A stretch of DNA of 64,000 nucleotides from the human T2T-CHM13v2.0 reference genome, Homo sapiens: the NCBI RefSeq assembly GCF_009914755.1, contig NC_060925.1. One strand, given 5' to 3'. Position numbers and translations under genes: made by a program. The notes under the pieces are model-generated. The model had not been told where the DNA came from and did not search any database. It was given only the letters and a program-made list of their open reading frames with translations. Below are positions 1 to 13,367 of this stretch, piece by piece (positions within the stretch are counted from its first letter, which is position 1; every line of letters starts with the position of its first letter).

Positions 1-53
1 ACCCACTACTTTTTGAACAGTGAGCTGAAGGGCTTCCTGAATGGTGAGAACCA
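1..53 (-). CDS. SIPA1L2: SIPA1L2 coding exon, 5' part only, (S)GSHHSGSPSAHCSKSSG...; continues beyond the window
   Basis: Strong acceptor tgtttttctcctcag|T with AG at 54-55; phase 2 continues the previous exon's frame. Confidence 0.92.
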
Positions 54-309
54 CTGAGGAGAAAAACAGACAAAAGCTGCAATACAATCTGATTTCAGCA
101 GTGCTGGCACACGGCCAAATTCAGAGCCGCAAGGCTTTACTCAAGTCTTTCTCCGAGAGCAAAATCGGGCCCAGTGAGGCAGATGGAGCCTTCTTTCTAC
201 CATGGAGCTTGCTAGGAAGCCTCATTTTACGTAGGCTAAGGTTACTCACGTGCAAGTTGTATGCCTGTGGCAGGAAGGATGTTAAAAACATGGCCGGGGA
301 AATCTGATA

Positions 310-1110
310 GAAAAATGGGCAACATTCCTAAACTGATTCTTCAAAAGAGAACAAACTCAAATGGTGAATATATTTGTCGGAGAAGGTGCTCAAACTCAGT
401 TGTCTCCAGGGAAATGCCAATGAAAACCACAATGGAATAGCATTACATACTCACCAGACAGGCAAAAATGGGAATGCCTGACAATACCCAGTGACCCAGT
501 GTTAGTAAGAACTGGGGCAATAGGTACCTTCCTACTGCTGGTGGGAGTAAAAAGTGCATGAAACAGTTTGAGCATTACCTATGAAGGTGTGTGCACCTGC
601 AGAGCTTACGATACAGCAATCCCACTCCAAGGGCGCACACACACAGCAAACCCCTGCTGCACGTGCAACTGTCAACATGGAACAATGTTGATTAGAAGCA
701 CTGATTTTAAGAACTCCCCAATGGCAGCAACCCAAATCATCAATAGTAGAAGGATATTCGATTAATAACTATGAATGAATACACGGAATACTCTACGAAT
801 GAATGGACTGAGGCTACAGACGACTTGGGCGATCTCATGAACAATGTAGAGAAGAAGCAAGTCACAAAGAATACAATGATCATGAGCCAGTTGCTTAATA
901 AAGTTCATAAACAGGTAAAAGTAAACAACATGTCATTCAGGAAAATGTAAAGAAAATGAGGGGATGATTATCACAAAAGCCAGGTTAGTGGCTACCTCAA
1001 GGGAGAAGAGAAGGGGTTGTAATTGGGTAGGATGCAGAGAGCTTCCAGACACAGCAATGTTCTAGTCCTTAACCTGGTGGTAGTTACAGGGGTGTTTGCT
1101 GCATTATCAT
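310..1110 (+). mobile_element. Old L1M (L1ME-like) 3' fragment
   Basis: Degenerate L1 motifs aaaatgggcaa, gaaatgccaatgaaaaccacaatg, cagcaatcccactcc, ggaatactct. Confidence 0.7.
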
Positions 1111-1399
1111 ATGATACAACAGCAACAATACTGAAACAGACAGAGGCCCTAAAAACAATAAAAATTTTCAAGGTTAGTAATTAAGCTAAGGCCAGAAGGA
1201 CTACCCACCCCCGGCTGACTGAGAAATTAAGTGGACAGTTAACCACCACCAGAAATATCTTTTTCTTAAATTAGAAAGATCAACAATATGTTTTATGAAA
1301 AACAAAAGTTACTTTATAAATATGAAAAATTTTAAGAGTTTAAATTATAGGTCTAATCTCAGCGTTCAGAAAGGCAGGTGGGCTTCACTTTCAGCAAAC

Positions 1400-1625
1400 T
1401 TGACACGTGAGTGCAATGCGAGGATTCCGGGTCTCAACATCAGCTCTGTCCATTACCACTGCCAGACCCTGGGCAAGTTTCTTAACCTCAGTTTTCTCAT
1501 CTGTAAATTGAGGATAATAACAGTATCTACCTCCGAAGGTTTCTCTGAAGATAATCTGAGTTAATATTAGTGAAGCACTTAGAACAGTGAGTAGCATAGG
1601 GTAAGCATTATATAAACGTAGTTAC
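1400..1625 (+). mobile_element. MIR SINE
   Basis: Core gggcaagtttcttaacctcagttttctcatctgtaaattgaggataataacagtatctacctc. Confidence 0.85.
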
Positions 1626-2289
1626 AGAAAGTGACCCAGCAAAGGATTATTCACGAGTAGGAGTCCTTTCTATTGAAAGAGTTTAACACAGGGTTCCCGC
1701 GGTAGCAAGCTCCTCCAGTATGCTATAAATATAATCTTATTCTGAAACCCCAGGTGAGCACAGACCTTTTCTGATACATGTATAAAGCAAGTCTCATAAA
1801 AGACGAATAAAGTATAAAAATAAGAGTGATATTAAAATGAACTTTTTGTAGAGGTTCAAGAGGAAATAAAGACACAAAATAAATGGACCCATTTTCAGGG
1901 TCTCTGCGTTTTGGAAAACACTGCGGTATTAAGTAAAATTAACCAACCAACAAACAAAGCGCCTCATCTACTCCTATGAAGAAACTTAGTTGCTGGTGGC
2001 TGGTCTGGTGCCCTTGAGTATGACTGATGGCTCCCTCTCTCTGGGTGCTAACTGTGGGTCTCGGGAAGACGCTGCACTGCCTCTACAATGACATCCACAC
2101 ACATGGAACACCAGGTCGGGAGAACAGTAAAGCAACATGACCAAGGTGACCTGAGGAGTAAGGCAAGCAATCAACAGGCATGAATAATAGGAGCTAATGG
2201 ACTCTTCCCATTCACTGGGGTGCACGCCAGTTAGGGAGCCCTAACATGAAAACTGTGTGTCTAGAAAACGAGCTCTGACGCCCTGTATG

Positions 2290-2660
2290 TTATTTTCCCA
2301 AGTGTATTTTGAAAAATTTCAGAGCTACAGAAAAGGTAAAGGATAGTAGCATAAACATCCACATACCCTTTTTCAAGATCCACTAATTCCTCTCTGAACC
2401 ATCTGAGAATTAGCTGCAAGCCTAAAGACATCATCATACTCCTATATTTCAGCATTCATTTCCCAAGAATAAGGACATCCCCCCAGTAGTTAACCAAGTG
2501 ATGATCATGTACAGGACATCAGGCATTAATGCAATACTGTTATCTAACAGTCCACATGCTAGTTTCCCCATTGTCCCAATAAGGCTTATGGCCTTAGTTT
2601 CCCCATCAAGAACCTGATGAAGGACTGTGCACTGCCTTCCACTACCCGTGTGTCTCATGT
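2290..2660 (-). mobile_element. Old L1M 3' end fragment
   Basis: ttttgaaaaatttcagagctacagaaaag and aagaataaggacat resemble antisense L1MC/ME 3' ends. Confidence 0.55.
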
Positions 2661-3749
2661 ATTTTAAAGCCTTGGATGATCCCCGAGATGTTTCGTTGTT
2701 AAAGGCTGGGGCACTCAAAGTCATGGTCTAGTTAATAAGCTGCATGTGTGTAGGTTACTCACCTTTCCCCCTTAAAATGTCCGAAGCGTATAGTTTTGAA
2801 AATGTATAGGTAATGATAGCGTGATCACAAACTCTATGTATTTTTCCATTTGTTTTATAACATTTTCTAAAAATTAGATTTCATTAAAAATGTATTTTAT
2901 CCCAACTGTAAGATGTTTTAAAGTTAACTTGAAGAACAAATGTACAGAATCCATTTGATGAGCAATGTGGCATAATTCCTTGTTTAGTAGCAGTCGTATC
3001 ATTACAGAAGTGTTCTCTGATGCTGATAACATTCTAGAATGTTGTCCACAAACTTTTCATGAATTCTTTCCTTCTGGACTAATGCTCTTCTTTCGGAGTT
3101 ATACTGCTGACGTCCAGTCATTTGTACCAGGAGAAAGGTATGGTGGCATGAATAATGATAAACAGCCCAACGTCGTGTGTGCCATTTACAGGAGAATCCA
3201 GAACATGGGGTTTGTTTCTGCAGTTGATTTATTTCATTTTGCAAAGCCTTAGTTAGGTTAGCATAAATACTGCTTGGTATTCTGAGCTCCTATCTAAATG
3301 CCCTGCCCTCGAAGAAAGAAAAAAAATGTGTTTGCTAAATTAAAAGAACTGAACAGCAGGAGAAAGCAGGCTAGATATATGCTTGTTCTGCTTAATAGAT
3401 GATTCCTGTTCCCCTACCCTCTTCCTCACAAGAGTGTAACTTGTCTTGAAGAGTTGTAAGTCCTCCCTTTGCCTCCTTAGTACAATCTTGGAATCATGCC
3501 ATATACACAATTCTGTACTTATTTAACTCCCGGGTGGCTGCCAAGGAATGTGCGTGTGTGTGCCTGGGGCTGGAGGAGGCTGCTATGGTGTCGGTTGTGA
3601 AAACCCAGAGTTAAAGAATTAAGAGTACACCATATACTGATTGGGGCTCCTGACACTGTGAACTGGGAATGGTGGATCCCACATTCCTCCTGCTTCCCTA
3701 GGTTACCCAGGCACTGGTTTATTAACTCCATCAATAAGCATTTATCAAG

Positions 3750-3990
3750 CACTTTTCCTAGTTCCTTTCTTTATTCAAAAAATATTCAGATGCCTGCCAT
3801 GTGCACAGAAGCGTACTAAGTGTTGTGGATACAAGCGAACAAGATAGGCCACGACCCTATCAGCTCAAAACACAAATGCTCCAGTGAGGAGAAGGTGGCG
3901 ATAAGTGGCCTTCTTGTGGGAAGGAATATGCAGTAAACACAAACAATTTTATTTAGGGGTGGGTGCTGTGAAGAAAATAACACACGGGTC
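3750..3990 (-). mobile_element. L2 LINE 3' fragment
   Basis: ttattcaaaaaatattcagatgcctgccatgtgc...actaagtgttgtggatac pattern. Confidence 0.6.
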
Positions 3991-5199
3991 AGGGGCACGG
4001 AGCACTTGGAGGCAGAAGTGTGGGTTTAGGCAGGATGGTCACCCCGGTCAGTTCCTGAAAGTTTATTCTGCTCTTCTGTTACCTGGGCTACTCCCAGTCA
4101 CAACCCAAGCCCTCCAGCAGTAGGCCTCGGCTTGAGGGGACTGCAAGGCTGCCTGAACTGGGACAGGAGAGGAAAGCAGGGGGGCTAAGGGAGCCTTCCT
4201 CATGGCCACCCATGCCCCAGCTGGGGTTGGCATTTCAGAGTTTGCAGAATCTTTGTGTGGCTTGATAGGTTGGTCCCTCGTCCTCTAATGAGTCACCTGC
4301 CTTTCACTCAACACACAGAAAACAAGGCAAATGCTGTAAATCCCATCCCTCCTCCTCGCCTCCTGTGCAGCTCGGGGGGCACGCAAGAGGAAGTGTTAAA
4401 AAGATTTCATTCAATGACTGAATTCCATGCTGAGCAAAAGCCTAGGATGCAAGTTGAAATGTGGCTTCAAAAGCCACCATCAACGAAGAATTACAGGAAA
4501 AGGGCAGTCAAGTGGTAAAAGATTCCACTCACTCAACATCTATCACTTATACAACAGCTGGGCCACATCCAATTTAGAGTGGCGGAAGAAAGTAAAATCA
4601 ATCAGAAATCCAATCTAGCACTGTCATATACTTTCTAATAGTCTAGCCCATTAAATTTGCCAATGGTTAAGGTAGTCATGAAAATCCATTACAAATACCG
4701 GTAAAAAGCCCTACCAAATATCAATAAACGAATGTACTCTGAAGGCAGTCTCCATAGAAATTTTACTTAATAATAATAATACAAAACTCTATTTGTGATG
4801 CCAATGACATCTGTCCAAAAAGGTGTCATGAAATCAGCTCTTTTACAAATCATCTCAACTTTGAACTAGATGTTAGCAGGTTGTGCAATCCCGAGATGGT
4901 CTCCACAGTATGACCACTATTCCTGAAATTAAGCCAGGAATAATTCAGATGACCAAATTCACTGATAATCCTTAATTATTATATTAGTTATTAGTACTAA
5001 ACCTATTTTAAGTCAAATTATTAAATAGAACTGGTAAAAAAAGTAGTAGGAATGTCTATTTTGAAAATAATCTTCATATCCTAAGCTCCCTCTGCATGGT
5101 GGACACACATGATTTCTACTCTCTGGCATCCACTCCCCCTTCTCCAGGTCAAATAATGTCCTGCTTCTCTTCTGGGGCAGTGGCTGTATTTGCCATTCC

Positions 5200-5675
5200 T
5201 CAGCTGCACAGCTTGGTGACAGGGACTGACCCCCAGCCCAGGCTGAGGGCCCCAAGTGCCGTAGACGATGCTACCCCCTAACCACGTGATTAGAGCTAGG
5301 AACATGTGAGGAGATACGGGGGTGGTGTGGGGGCAGGGGTTGGCTTTGGAGAGGGCAGAAACCTGTTTCTTCTGCAGAAACTAGAAAAAAACCACTTTCT
5401 ACCCGGGGACAGACGAGCGTGACTGTGGGAGGTCTGCAGGTGGCACAGCTGTTTTCAGCCAAGAGAAGAATGCTGAGATTTTGGGAAATGGTCATGTGGA
5501 GTGGGAAGATGGAGGCAACCTGGTCCTGGGCAGTATCATTTTGAGACGCTGGGTCAAGCAGAACCTTGAAGTGCTAGACTTGTTGTTTACATAAGCCCCA
5601 ATATGACCCTGGTGGCATGAACCAATCAGCATGGAGTTTCTTTAACTTGTAATGTAAAGGTCCCTGAATGACACT
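5200..5675 (+). mobile_element. Old MaLR LTR (MLT1-like), degenerate
   Basis: ccacgtgattag...ttttaacttgtaatgtaaaggtccctgaatgaca end resembles MLT1 termini. Confidence 0.4.
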
Positions 5676-6688
5676 CAGTATCCCCTGGCAGTGGTGGGGT
5701 GAGGGGGGACTTTGAAGGGGAGCCTGAGGAACATAAAAAGCCTTTCACCGTGACTGCTACAGGTCTGCCTTGAGCACCATCATTTGGAGAAATGCTCCCT
5801 CATAGCACTAGGTACCTGCAAGAAATATTCCCATTCTTAGTTCATCTGACTCTGCCCTCCAGCATTGTGGGCAGGAGTCAGAGAGTAACTTGGAGCTGAA
5901 TCAGGGAAGGCCTTGGAAACAAGCAGAAAAATGACAGTGGTAGTTGCTATAAATAGTTAAATTCTGTCCACAGCCAAACTGAATAAATGCATTTCTTTGT
6001 CCTTTGCCTAGTCTTTGAAAGTGAAGGCAGAAATCGCAAATTAGGTATTTTAAAACCACTGCAGAGAAGTATGTCAAACAGGAGTTTAAAACCACTCATA
6101 AGGAGATATTAAACATCTACACTTAGAGTACTTAGAATCCAGTTCCTTTATACTTAGCTAGTCTTCACTGAATGAACCCCAGCTGCAGAGCTGAACACAC
6201 TTTCATTGTTATACACATGATCTCAGGCCTCCCCTGCTGTCAGGGCCGTAGGAACAGGGAGGAAGTGTGTGCATGCCCTCACGGCAGGGAGCTACATGTG
6301 CTCTACGCACATGCTGCCTTCATGGCTTCCTACTACTATGGTCTGAAGATTAGTGAGTGCCACCTCTTCTCCAAAACACGTAGGGACAACAGGTTGAATT
6401 AGGAGAGAGACATAAGTGGCCTGACTAGAGCGATTAATATCTCTATTGACTTTTCACTCAAACTTAATAGGAAAAAAAAAAAACACCAACAAGGGACTTG
6501 TTAACATGCAAGCTTTGACATTTTCATATTGTAGAAACAAGCCCTTCCTCTGATGTCAGACAGCTAGGAAAAATTACACCAACCTACCTGATGCCCCTAC
6601 TGCTTACAGTTCAGGCTTCTGCCCTATCCCAGCAGGCAGGGCCCAGGTGGCACCAGCAGGTACTACTCTGCAGTGCTGTGGGGCTTAC

Positions 6689-7077
6689 CTGGAATGAGAG
6701 GATATCTCACTGAGATCGCCCATGCTGCCTTCCGCAGCACTGCCGGCGGAGATGGCGGACGCGTAGCCATGCACAGAATATAACTTGGCTGGCTCGTCGT
6801 CAGGCCCAGAGACGTCGGCAGCATCAGCCCACTGCTCGGCCCGGCTGTGGATCAGGGACCTGCTGCCTGCCAGGTGCACAGGGCCGAGGATGGTGGCAGG
6901 CATGCAGGGGGCCGTGTCGATGCCACTGTCGGTGGAGGCCCCTTTGATGTAGGTCAGCCCCAGTAATTCGGGGTCCATCAGGTCGCCAGACCCAAAGTGC
7001 TTGTCGTCACTGTTGCTGGAGGTGTTGCTGGAGAGCGTGTTGCTGCTGGAGTGACTGGAGCAACTTTTATCCCCAAT
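6689..7077 (-). CDS. SIPA1L2: SIPA1L2 coding exon, 389 nt, IGDKSCSSHSSSNTLSSNTSSNSDDKHFGSGDLMDPELLG...DSGIDT...EISSHS
   Basis: Acceptor tttcttctgaag|ATT, donor CAG|gtaagc; phase 0 to 2; SSHSSSNTLSS and DSGIDT motifs are shared with SIPA1L1/SIPA1L3. Confidence 0.96.
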
Positions 7078-8871
7078 CTTCAGAAGAAAGAGGAACAGAG
7101 AGTTCTCAAGTGAATCTTGAACTCAGGTGCTTCTCACCCTGACTCAGGGAGCTACAAGCCATGGGATCGCACCCAAGCCCTTTCTACTCACTCTTCAATG
7201 TGGGCAATGACAGGACTTCCTTTTTCAAAAACAACCTGGTTTTGTGCAGAAGTCTCTAATTCATACTTCTTCCCATAATTTATCTAAGTTAAATGGGTAT
7301 CTTTAAGTCTTTAATTATTTGTGCATTAAGCACAAAACTATGGCCACAGTGTCACTAGCAAAGAAAATAATAAACAAAGGTGATATAAACTGGGAAGGAA
7401 CATGGGAAATTAATATAAGGAAGAGAAGGGCCACTTATTAAGAAAATGCTTCATGACAAATTATAGTGCCAGCCTTGAGTTCAGGGCAGAAGACTTAGGT
7501 TCCAGTCACAAAGGTAGGACTTTCTGGTTAATCACTTAACCCTCTCTGTGCTTGTAATACCGAGCTTACATGATTCCTGTGTGAAGCAAATGAGATAATA
7601 TATGCAGAACCACTTGGCTGCTGCAAAGTACACGGTAAACACGAAGTATCTCTCTGAGACAGCCCCAGTCAAAGTGCGTCCCAAGCCTTTAAGAAATGGG
7701 AGTCTATTGAGAGTAAATAGGTCTGAAAAAGAGTCAATGCTTTTGGTTGGGGTGGGGAGTCTCTGGAAGACAAAAAGCAAATAGAATAGAAGAAATGTCC
7801 CTGTCTCTACAATGTACTCATACAGACACGGCCTCTCTTCACAGTCTGGGAAAAGCAACAAGATCTGAAGCATCAGCAAAGGGCTTTGGAATCATAAGAA
7901 CGAGCCAGGCCCCAGTAGATTTTAAAGTGGTTTGGCCTTATCTTTTTTTATTCCAGCCTATCAGATCCTTAAGCAAATCACCTTGACCTTTTCATCATAC
8001 ACTGATATTCTCAAAACTACGCCCACACCATGTATCCCTTTGCTGAAACCAATATGAGAATATTGTAAAGGTGGATTTAAATAGATACGGTGAGTCTGAC
8101 TCAAGACAAGGTCGCGGTCACAGCTGAGGGAAGAAATGTCACATGTGTTTGCTAAGGGACAACTGCAAAGCTGGCTGATGACACATTAAGAAAGAAGAAA
8201 GACATAACTTAATTCAGGACCTTATAAATTATCTTCACCTGAACATTTTCAAAAATAAGCCACTTTAAAATGTTGGCTTTATTTGTAATAACCAACAATT
8301 CCTGTTTCTGCATTTCAATGGAAGTTTTGTTTCACTGGGCTACAGTCTCCCTCGAGGCTCACCTCCCAGGGTTTCTTCAAGGGGTACACATGGCAACACA
8401 TGCAAAGGACTGAGAACTACCACGTGGGCGGTGCTCTACCCTGACAAGTGTAATGGGCAGCTGCGGCCGTGATGATTAAATCATCGATGACTGTACAGTA
8501 AATGGCTACCTATGGGCAGAGTTCCTCTGACCACACACACCGATTAGCAGTTTCTGCTTCTGTTTTGTGCCACTAAATGGATAAGTGGTTAACAGATTAC
8601 AAATGGGAACATGATTTAGTAACTACTGCACTGGATATTGAGGATCAAAAGGCTGAGGATATAATTTTGGCTTTGCCACTAATTTGCTGTGCAACCTTTC
8701 TTTGAGGTCCTTTATAAATCAGGAAGATAGTTTCCTTTTTTAACCTCACCTCTAAGAGCCCTGTGAGGTAATGTGCTCTTGAGCATCCCCAGGAATCAGG
8801 CTGTACCACTGTGTGCTGAGACAGATCAGTCCTGGCTAGGCCAGTGAAGGGCTTATGAACAAAGGACTTAC

Positions 8872-8975
8872 GTGAGAAAGCTTATTGGGGGAATCTTTGC
8901 AACTTCCATCTTTCTGCAGAGCTCTTTCTTTATAGGAACCCAGGACTTTGGAAGGTGGGCCATGCCATTTGGTTT
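8872..8975 (-). CDS. SIPA1L2: SIPA1L2 coding exon, 104 nt, (E)TKWHGPPSKVLGSYKERALQKDGSCKDSPNKLSH
   Basis: Acceptor gacag|AA, donor CAC|gtaagt; phase 1 to 0. Absent from the ORF track. Confidence 0.92.
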
Positions 8976-9348
8976 CTGTCACATAAAAAGAGAGGAGTTG
9001 AATTTCCAATTTCCAGTATTACCAAAAGAGTAAAGAAAACCAGGAGTCAGACAAGTGGTTTGGTAAACATGAACAGGCTTGTGGTTCTGGGACTTTCTGG
9101 TCTTACCAATGGATATGTCACAAAAGTATACAGAACCACCACCATAAAGTGTTCACTTTCTGCAGGTGCCACAACCACAACCAACCATGACCACACCCCC
9201 TCCTGCATCTGGAGACCCAGCTGATCACCTCAACTTGGTGCACATAGGTTGAATGAGTGAATGAATAAAATGAAGTGATGGGAGAGGAGGGGGCAGAGAG
9301 GGGGAAAGGGGGAGCAAGGGAGGTCAATTTCCAGGAGTTCCTTATTAC

Positions 9349-9449
9349 CCGGGTGCCTGCTTGCTTCCATGGTGTCTTCCCTCTCCCTGGCTCCGTCACA
9401 TTCCAAAGGGCCTGAGCCCTGGTGTTCGAGCAGTAGAGGGGACTGGCAC
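9349..9449 (-). CDS. SIPA1L2: SIPA1L2 coding exon, 101 nt, CQSPLLLEHQGSGPLECDGAREREDTMEASRHP
   Basis: Acceptor ttttcag|G, donor CGG|gtaata; phase 2 to 1. Confidence 0.92.
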
Positions 9450-9848
9450 CTGAAAAGAACACAGAGTTGAGCCTGTCCTTTCTCAACCGTGCCACCTGCC
9501 AGCATGCACACGGGAGTGCTGGCTTCCAAGTAGGCTATGCGAGGGAAAGCCCTATCCAGGAGCTGGTTTTCTGGCAAATGAAAATGCAAATTGTCAGCTC
9601 AGCCCCACCAGAGAAGCTAAAAGCATCTGAAATTGTGGGATCTGGTTTAACCAGAGGGTCAGAAAAAGCAGCCGGATGATAGCCATTTACAGATAAAGAA
9701 GGGCTGCTGACACCAGGAGGTTGAAGGACTGTCCAGGATCAAACAATGTACCTGCAAGCTACGGAGGAGGTCGCATTTTTACGTTACGCTTAGAATACAT
9801 GGCACTGACATCTCTTTATATTAAATTTTTCTTAAGAAAAAAAAAAAG

Positions 9849-10290
<442 letters not shown>

Positions 10291-11182
10291 TTACAGAAAA
10301 AGCCAGAAAAGGTTTTACTGTTTATACAAAAAAGAACACCAAAAAAGCCAACATCAAAAAATCCTCTCTTGGCTTAAAATGCAATTTAATTTAGAAAGTT
10401 GCTTGACATACAATTTTTAAGAACTCTGTCTATCATCTAAGGGAAGGAAAACATATAACTCAGACTACATATGGAGAGAAATTTCCCAGTGCACCTGCGG
10501 GAGCAGTGATATAAGCTGCTCCTCAGAGTGGAGTCCTTCCCACTGACCGGCCATTCTCTCCTCTCAATCAGTGTGACTAGCTCCTAACTCCAACCCAAAG
10601 CAGCACCAAGTCACAGTGGCCCCAGCAGACCACTCCTCAGGAGCGCACCCTGGTGCCATGCTCCCTCTTCTCTTCCCAGAGGTGGTGGGATTGGTCAACT
10701 CAGTGTCTTTGTTCACAGAAGTCCTCAGGCTCTGCCTGAGCTGCTGGCTACTGCGGACTGGACTGCGTGGATACTATAAAGGGCAGCTCTCAGCTAGGTG
10801 TGCTGGGGCAACCTCCCAGTACTTCTCAGACAGGAAGCAAAAAAGCCAAACGCTAAACCCACTTCTCTGATTTTGAGCGGCGTTTCCTCATCAGCAATTT
10901 AAGTCAGGAGGCAACTAAGCCCTCACATCCTTAATTTTCATGTTCTGAAAACCTTTCCTCATCAAAAAGGAAAAAACAGGCTGAGAACATCGACAAGTGA
11001 GCACTACTTACACAGAAATAATGAGCTTTCCAACCTGGACAAGTCACTTGTTAAAAGCATGTCTGGCATTATTATATTCCCCACATGGCCCCAGGTACAG
11101 AAGGCACACAGTAAATGCTTTTCAATGAGTCACAGAAAACAGGTTCCTCCCAGTGGATAACTAAGATAAAAATGAACAGTAC

Positions 11183-11266
11183 CCGTCGTAGCCCACTTGT
11201 GGTCTCCAGGGTCCGCTCCCGCCGGGTCCAGGGTCGCTGGAGGATGACTGGTTGCTGGGTGAGCTT
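11183..11266 (-). CDS. SIPA1L2: SIPA1L2 coding exon, 84 nt, SSPSNQSSSSDPGPGGSGPWRPQVGYD(G)
   Basis: Acceptor ctttcag|AAG (NAGNAG), donor CGG|gtactg; phase 2 to 2. Confidence 0.9.
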
Positions 11267-12147
11267 CTGAAAGGTTGAGTAGAATCATTAACAGGGCACT
11301 GAACTATCTGCCAAGCCCCTTGACCTGGCCTGTTTTGTTTCACAAATAAATATACTTTGAGAATGACAAAGAAAAGGAAGAAAAACATATTGCCATGTGA
11401 AACAGAATAAATCATGGAAAAATAAACTAAGAATCGGTGATGCCCAGGGATATCAGTGGTTTATGATTGGCAATTTGTCCTAGGAAAGAGGTATGACAGG
11501 ACAGGCCCTCACTGTCTAAAGATTTAAAGCACAGATAATGACTCCCTCCCAGAGAAATACAGAAGAACAGCAATACAATTTCCGAGAATACAGAATTATG
11601 AAAACATTACTAATTCTTATTATGTGAAATTTAAAACAAGTCACGTTTTAGTTCTATACTTAAAACTTATGCAAAAAGAAAAACCTAAATTTGGCAAAAC
11701 CATTTATTTTCACACATCTCTTGAATGTAATCCTATTTTATCTTTTTTTCAGACATGCAAAAATGAAAAATACTCATGAAAACTCACTTGATGAAGATGT
11801 GCTTGCCAAGTTTCCCTTTTGCTACTAGAATACTTCTGGTTTTCTCCTATAATTTACTTAAATTAGAATTACTTAAGTAAATTTTAATTTAATACAATTT
11901 ACTTAAGTTATGATTATTTAAATTTACTTAAATAAGGGAGGTTCTGCAGACCCCCTTCCTTCTACATGTTGCCCCTTTTACCAGGGCTATCTATGTACAT
12001 TTCTTTGAATATGGGAAAGTTATAAACTTAGCCGACTTTTGAGTTGGGAGACCCAGAGCCAAGATGATTGAATGTTAAATTAACACCTCTCCTGCATTCA
12101 CTCTGGAAAGAATAAAAATTGGAGAAGGGAGAGGATGACCACAGGTT

Positions 12148-12216
12148 TTATCAATTAATTCTGGTTAATATTTATATAAGCTTATCAATTAATTCTGGTT
12201 AATATTTATATAAGCT
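12148..12216. repeat. Perfect 34-bp tandem duplication
   Basis: ttatcaattaattctggttaatatttatataagc present twice. Confidence 0.95.
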
Positions 12217-12400
12217 GACTAAGTGCCAGGCCCAGTTCCAAGCATTTTACATACATTGACCCACTCAGTCCTCAAAATTTCCTGATGTGGTTTGTCAGAT
12301 GAAGAAACTGGAGGTTCAGAGAGGATGAGTACCAGGCCTATGGTTACAGTACATCAAGTAAGTTAAGAGCTGTGATTCCAGCCTGGCTCCCAGTCCGTGG
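12200..12400 (-). mobile_element. MIR SINE
   Basis: cagatgaagaaactggaggttcagagagg core. Confidence 0.7.
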
Positions 12401-13109
12401 TCTATCAGACCAGAGCCTGACAAGTCATAATTGAGAAAACTCATGGCATTACCGTGCCTACATGTTACATAAAAGTTAGAATAAAAGGAGTACGAATTAA
12501 CAACAATAAGAAATTTATTATTTTGTTTTGTTAAAATGATCTATGCAAATTAGGCATCTGAAAACCCTCACCAGCTTCCAATGGTACTGGATTTAACTTT
12601 TAAACAAGTGTATGCATTCTTCTTTGAAAAAATAATTTTAAACTCAACTCACTTTGCTTAAAAGGAGAAAAGCAAAGAGGAAGTCTTAATGAGCTTGGAA
12701 CCTCTTAAAGTATTACTCACATTATGATGATATTTAAGCACTGATTGTTCAGTTTTATTTATGCTCAAACCTGTTCACACTTTTCTAGAGGCTCCAGCAG
12801 AATAGTTTCTGGGGTGCCTTTCCCATCTTGGGGAAGAGAGCCAGTGGACATGGAGGAAGGATACTGGATGAAGAGGAAAAGCTGTGACCCTGGTGGGCAG
12901 AACCTGCATTTTACCAGCACCATCTTGGGGCCAGGAGAGTGCCCGACCCCAGGCACCACTGTGTCTGGGGCCTGCCTTGCTACCCTGCTTGCCAACTTGC
13001 TGTGAACAAGCTAACTCAGAAGTGATTAAGCAAAACCCTCCCTACAATGTCAAGTTCTCACCCCAGTGATTTACAAGGGCCGCCCTTGAGGAAACGGAAC
13101 CAGCATTAC

Positions 13110-13367
13110 CTCGTGCCATCGGGCAGCTTCCGGTCGAAGGAGGTGCTTCGAGGAATGGCAGCCTGGGCCTGCTGGAGCAGCTGTTGGCACGGCAGCCGGT
13201 CGGGCGTGCCGGGGATGGGGGAAGCTCTAGAGAGGGGCTGCAGGGCAGGAGTGGGCACCCGGTGCCACGTAGTGTTCCTCCTGAAGGGGGTTTTATACTC
13301 GCAGGGGGTGCCCTCGCTGTCGAGTTTATATTCCACCATAGGGATCCGGCAGAGCTCTGAACACCCT
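13110..13367 (-). CDS. SIPA1L2: SIPA1L2 coding exon, 258 nt, GCSELCRIPMVEYK...RSTSFDRKLPDGT
   Basis: Acceptor cccaacag|A, donor GAG|gtaatg; phase 2 to 2; overlaps ORF 13106..13423. Confidence 0.94.

Noticed and set aside
2965-3252. Overlapping 95-aa and 80-aa ORFs on opposite strands
   Set aside because: No recognisable homology and no splice signals fitting the SIPA1L2 frame.
8465-8532. C/D-box-like arrangement gtgatga...ctga of snoRNA size
   Set aside because: It is on the strand opposite the host gene, has a minimal terminal stem, and I recognise no rRNA/snRNA guide.
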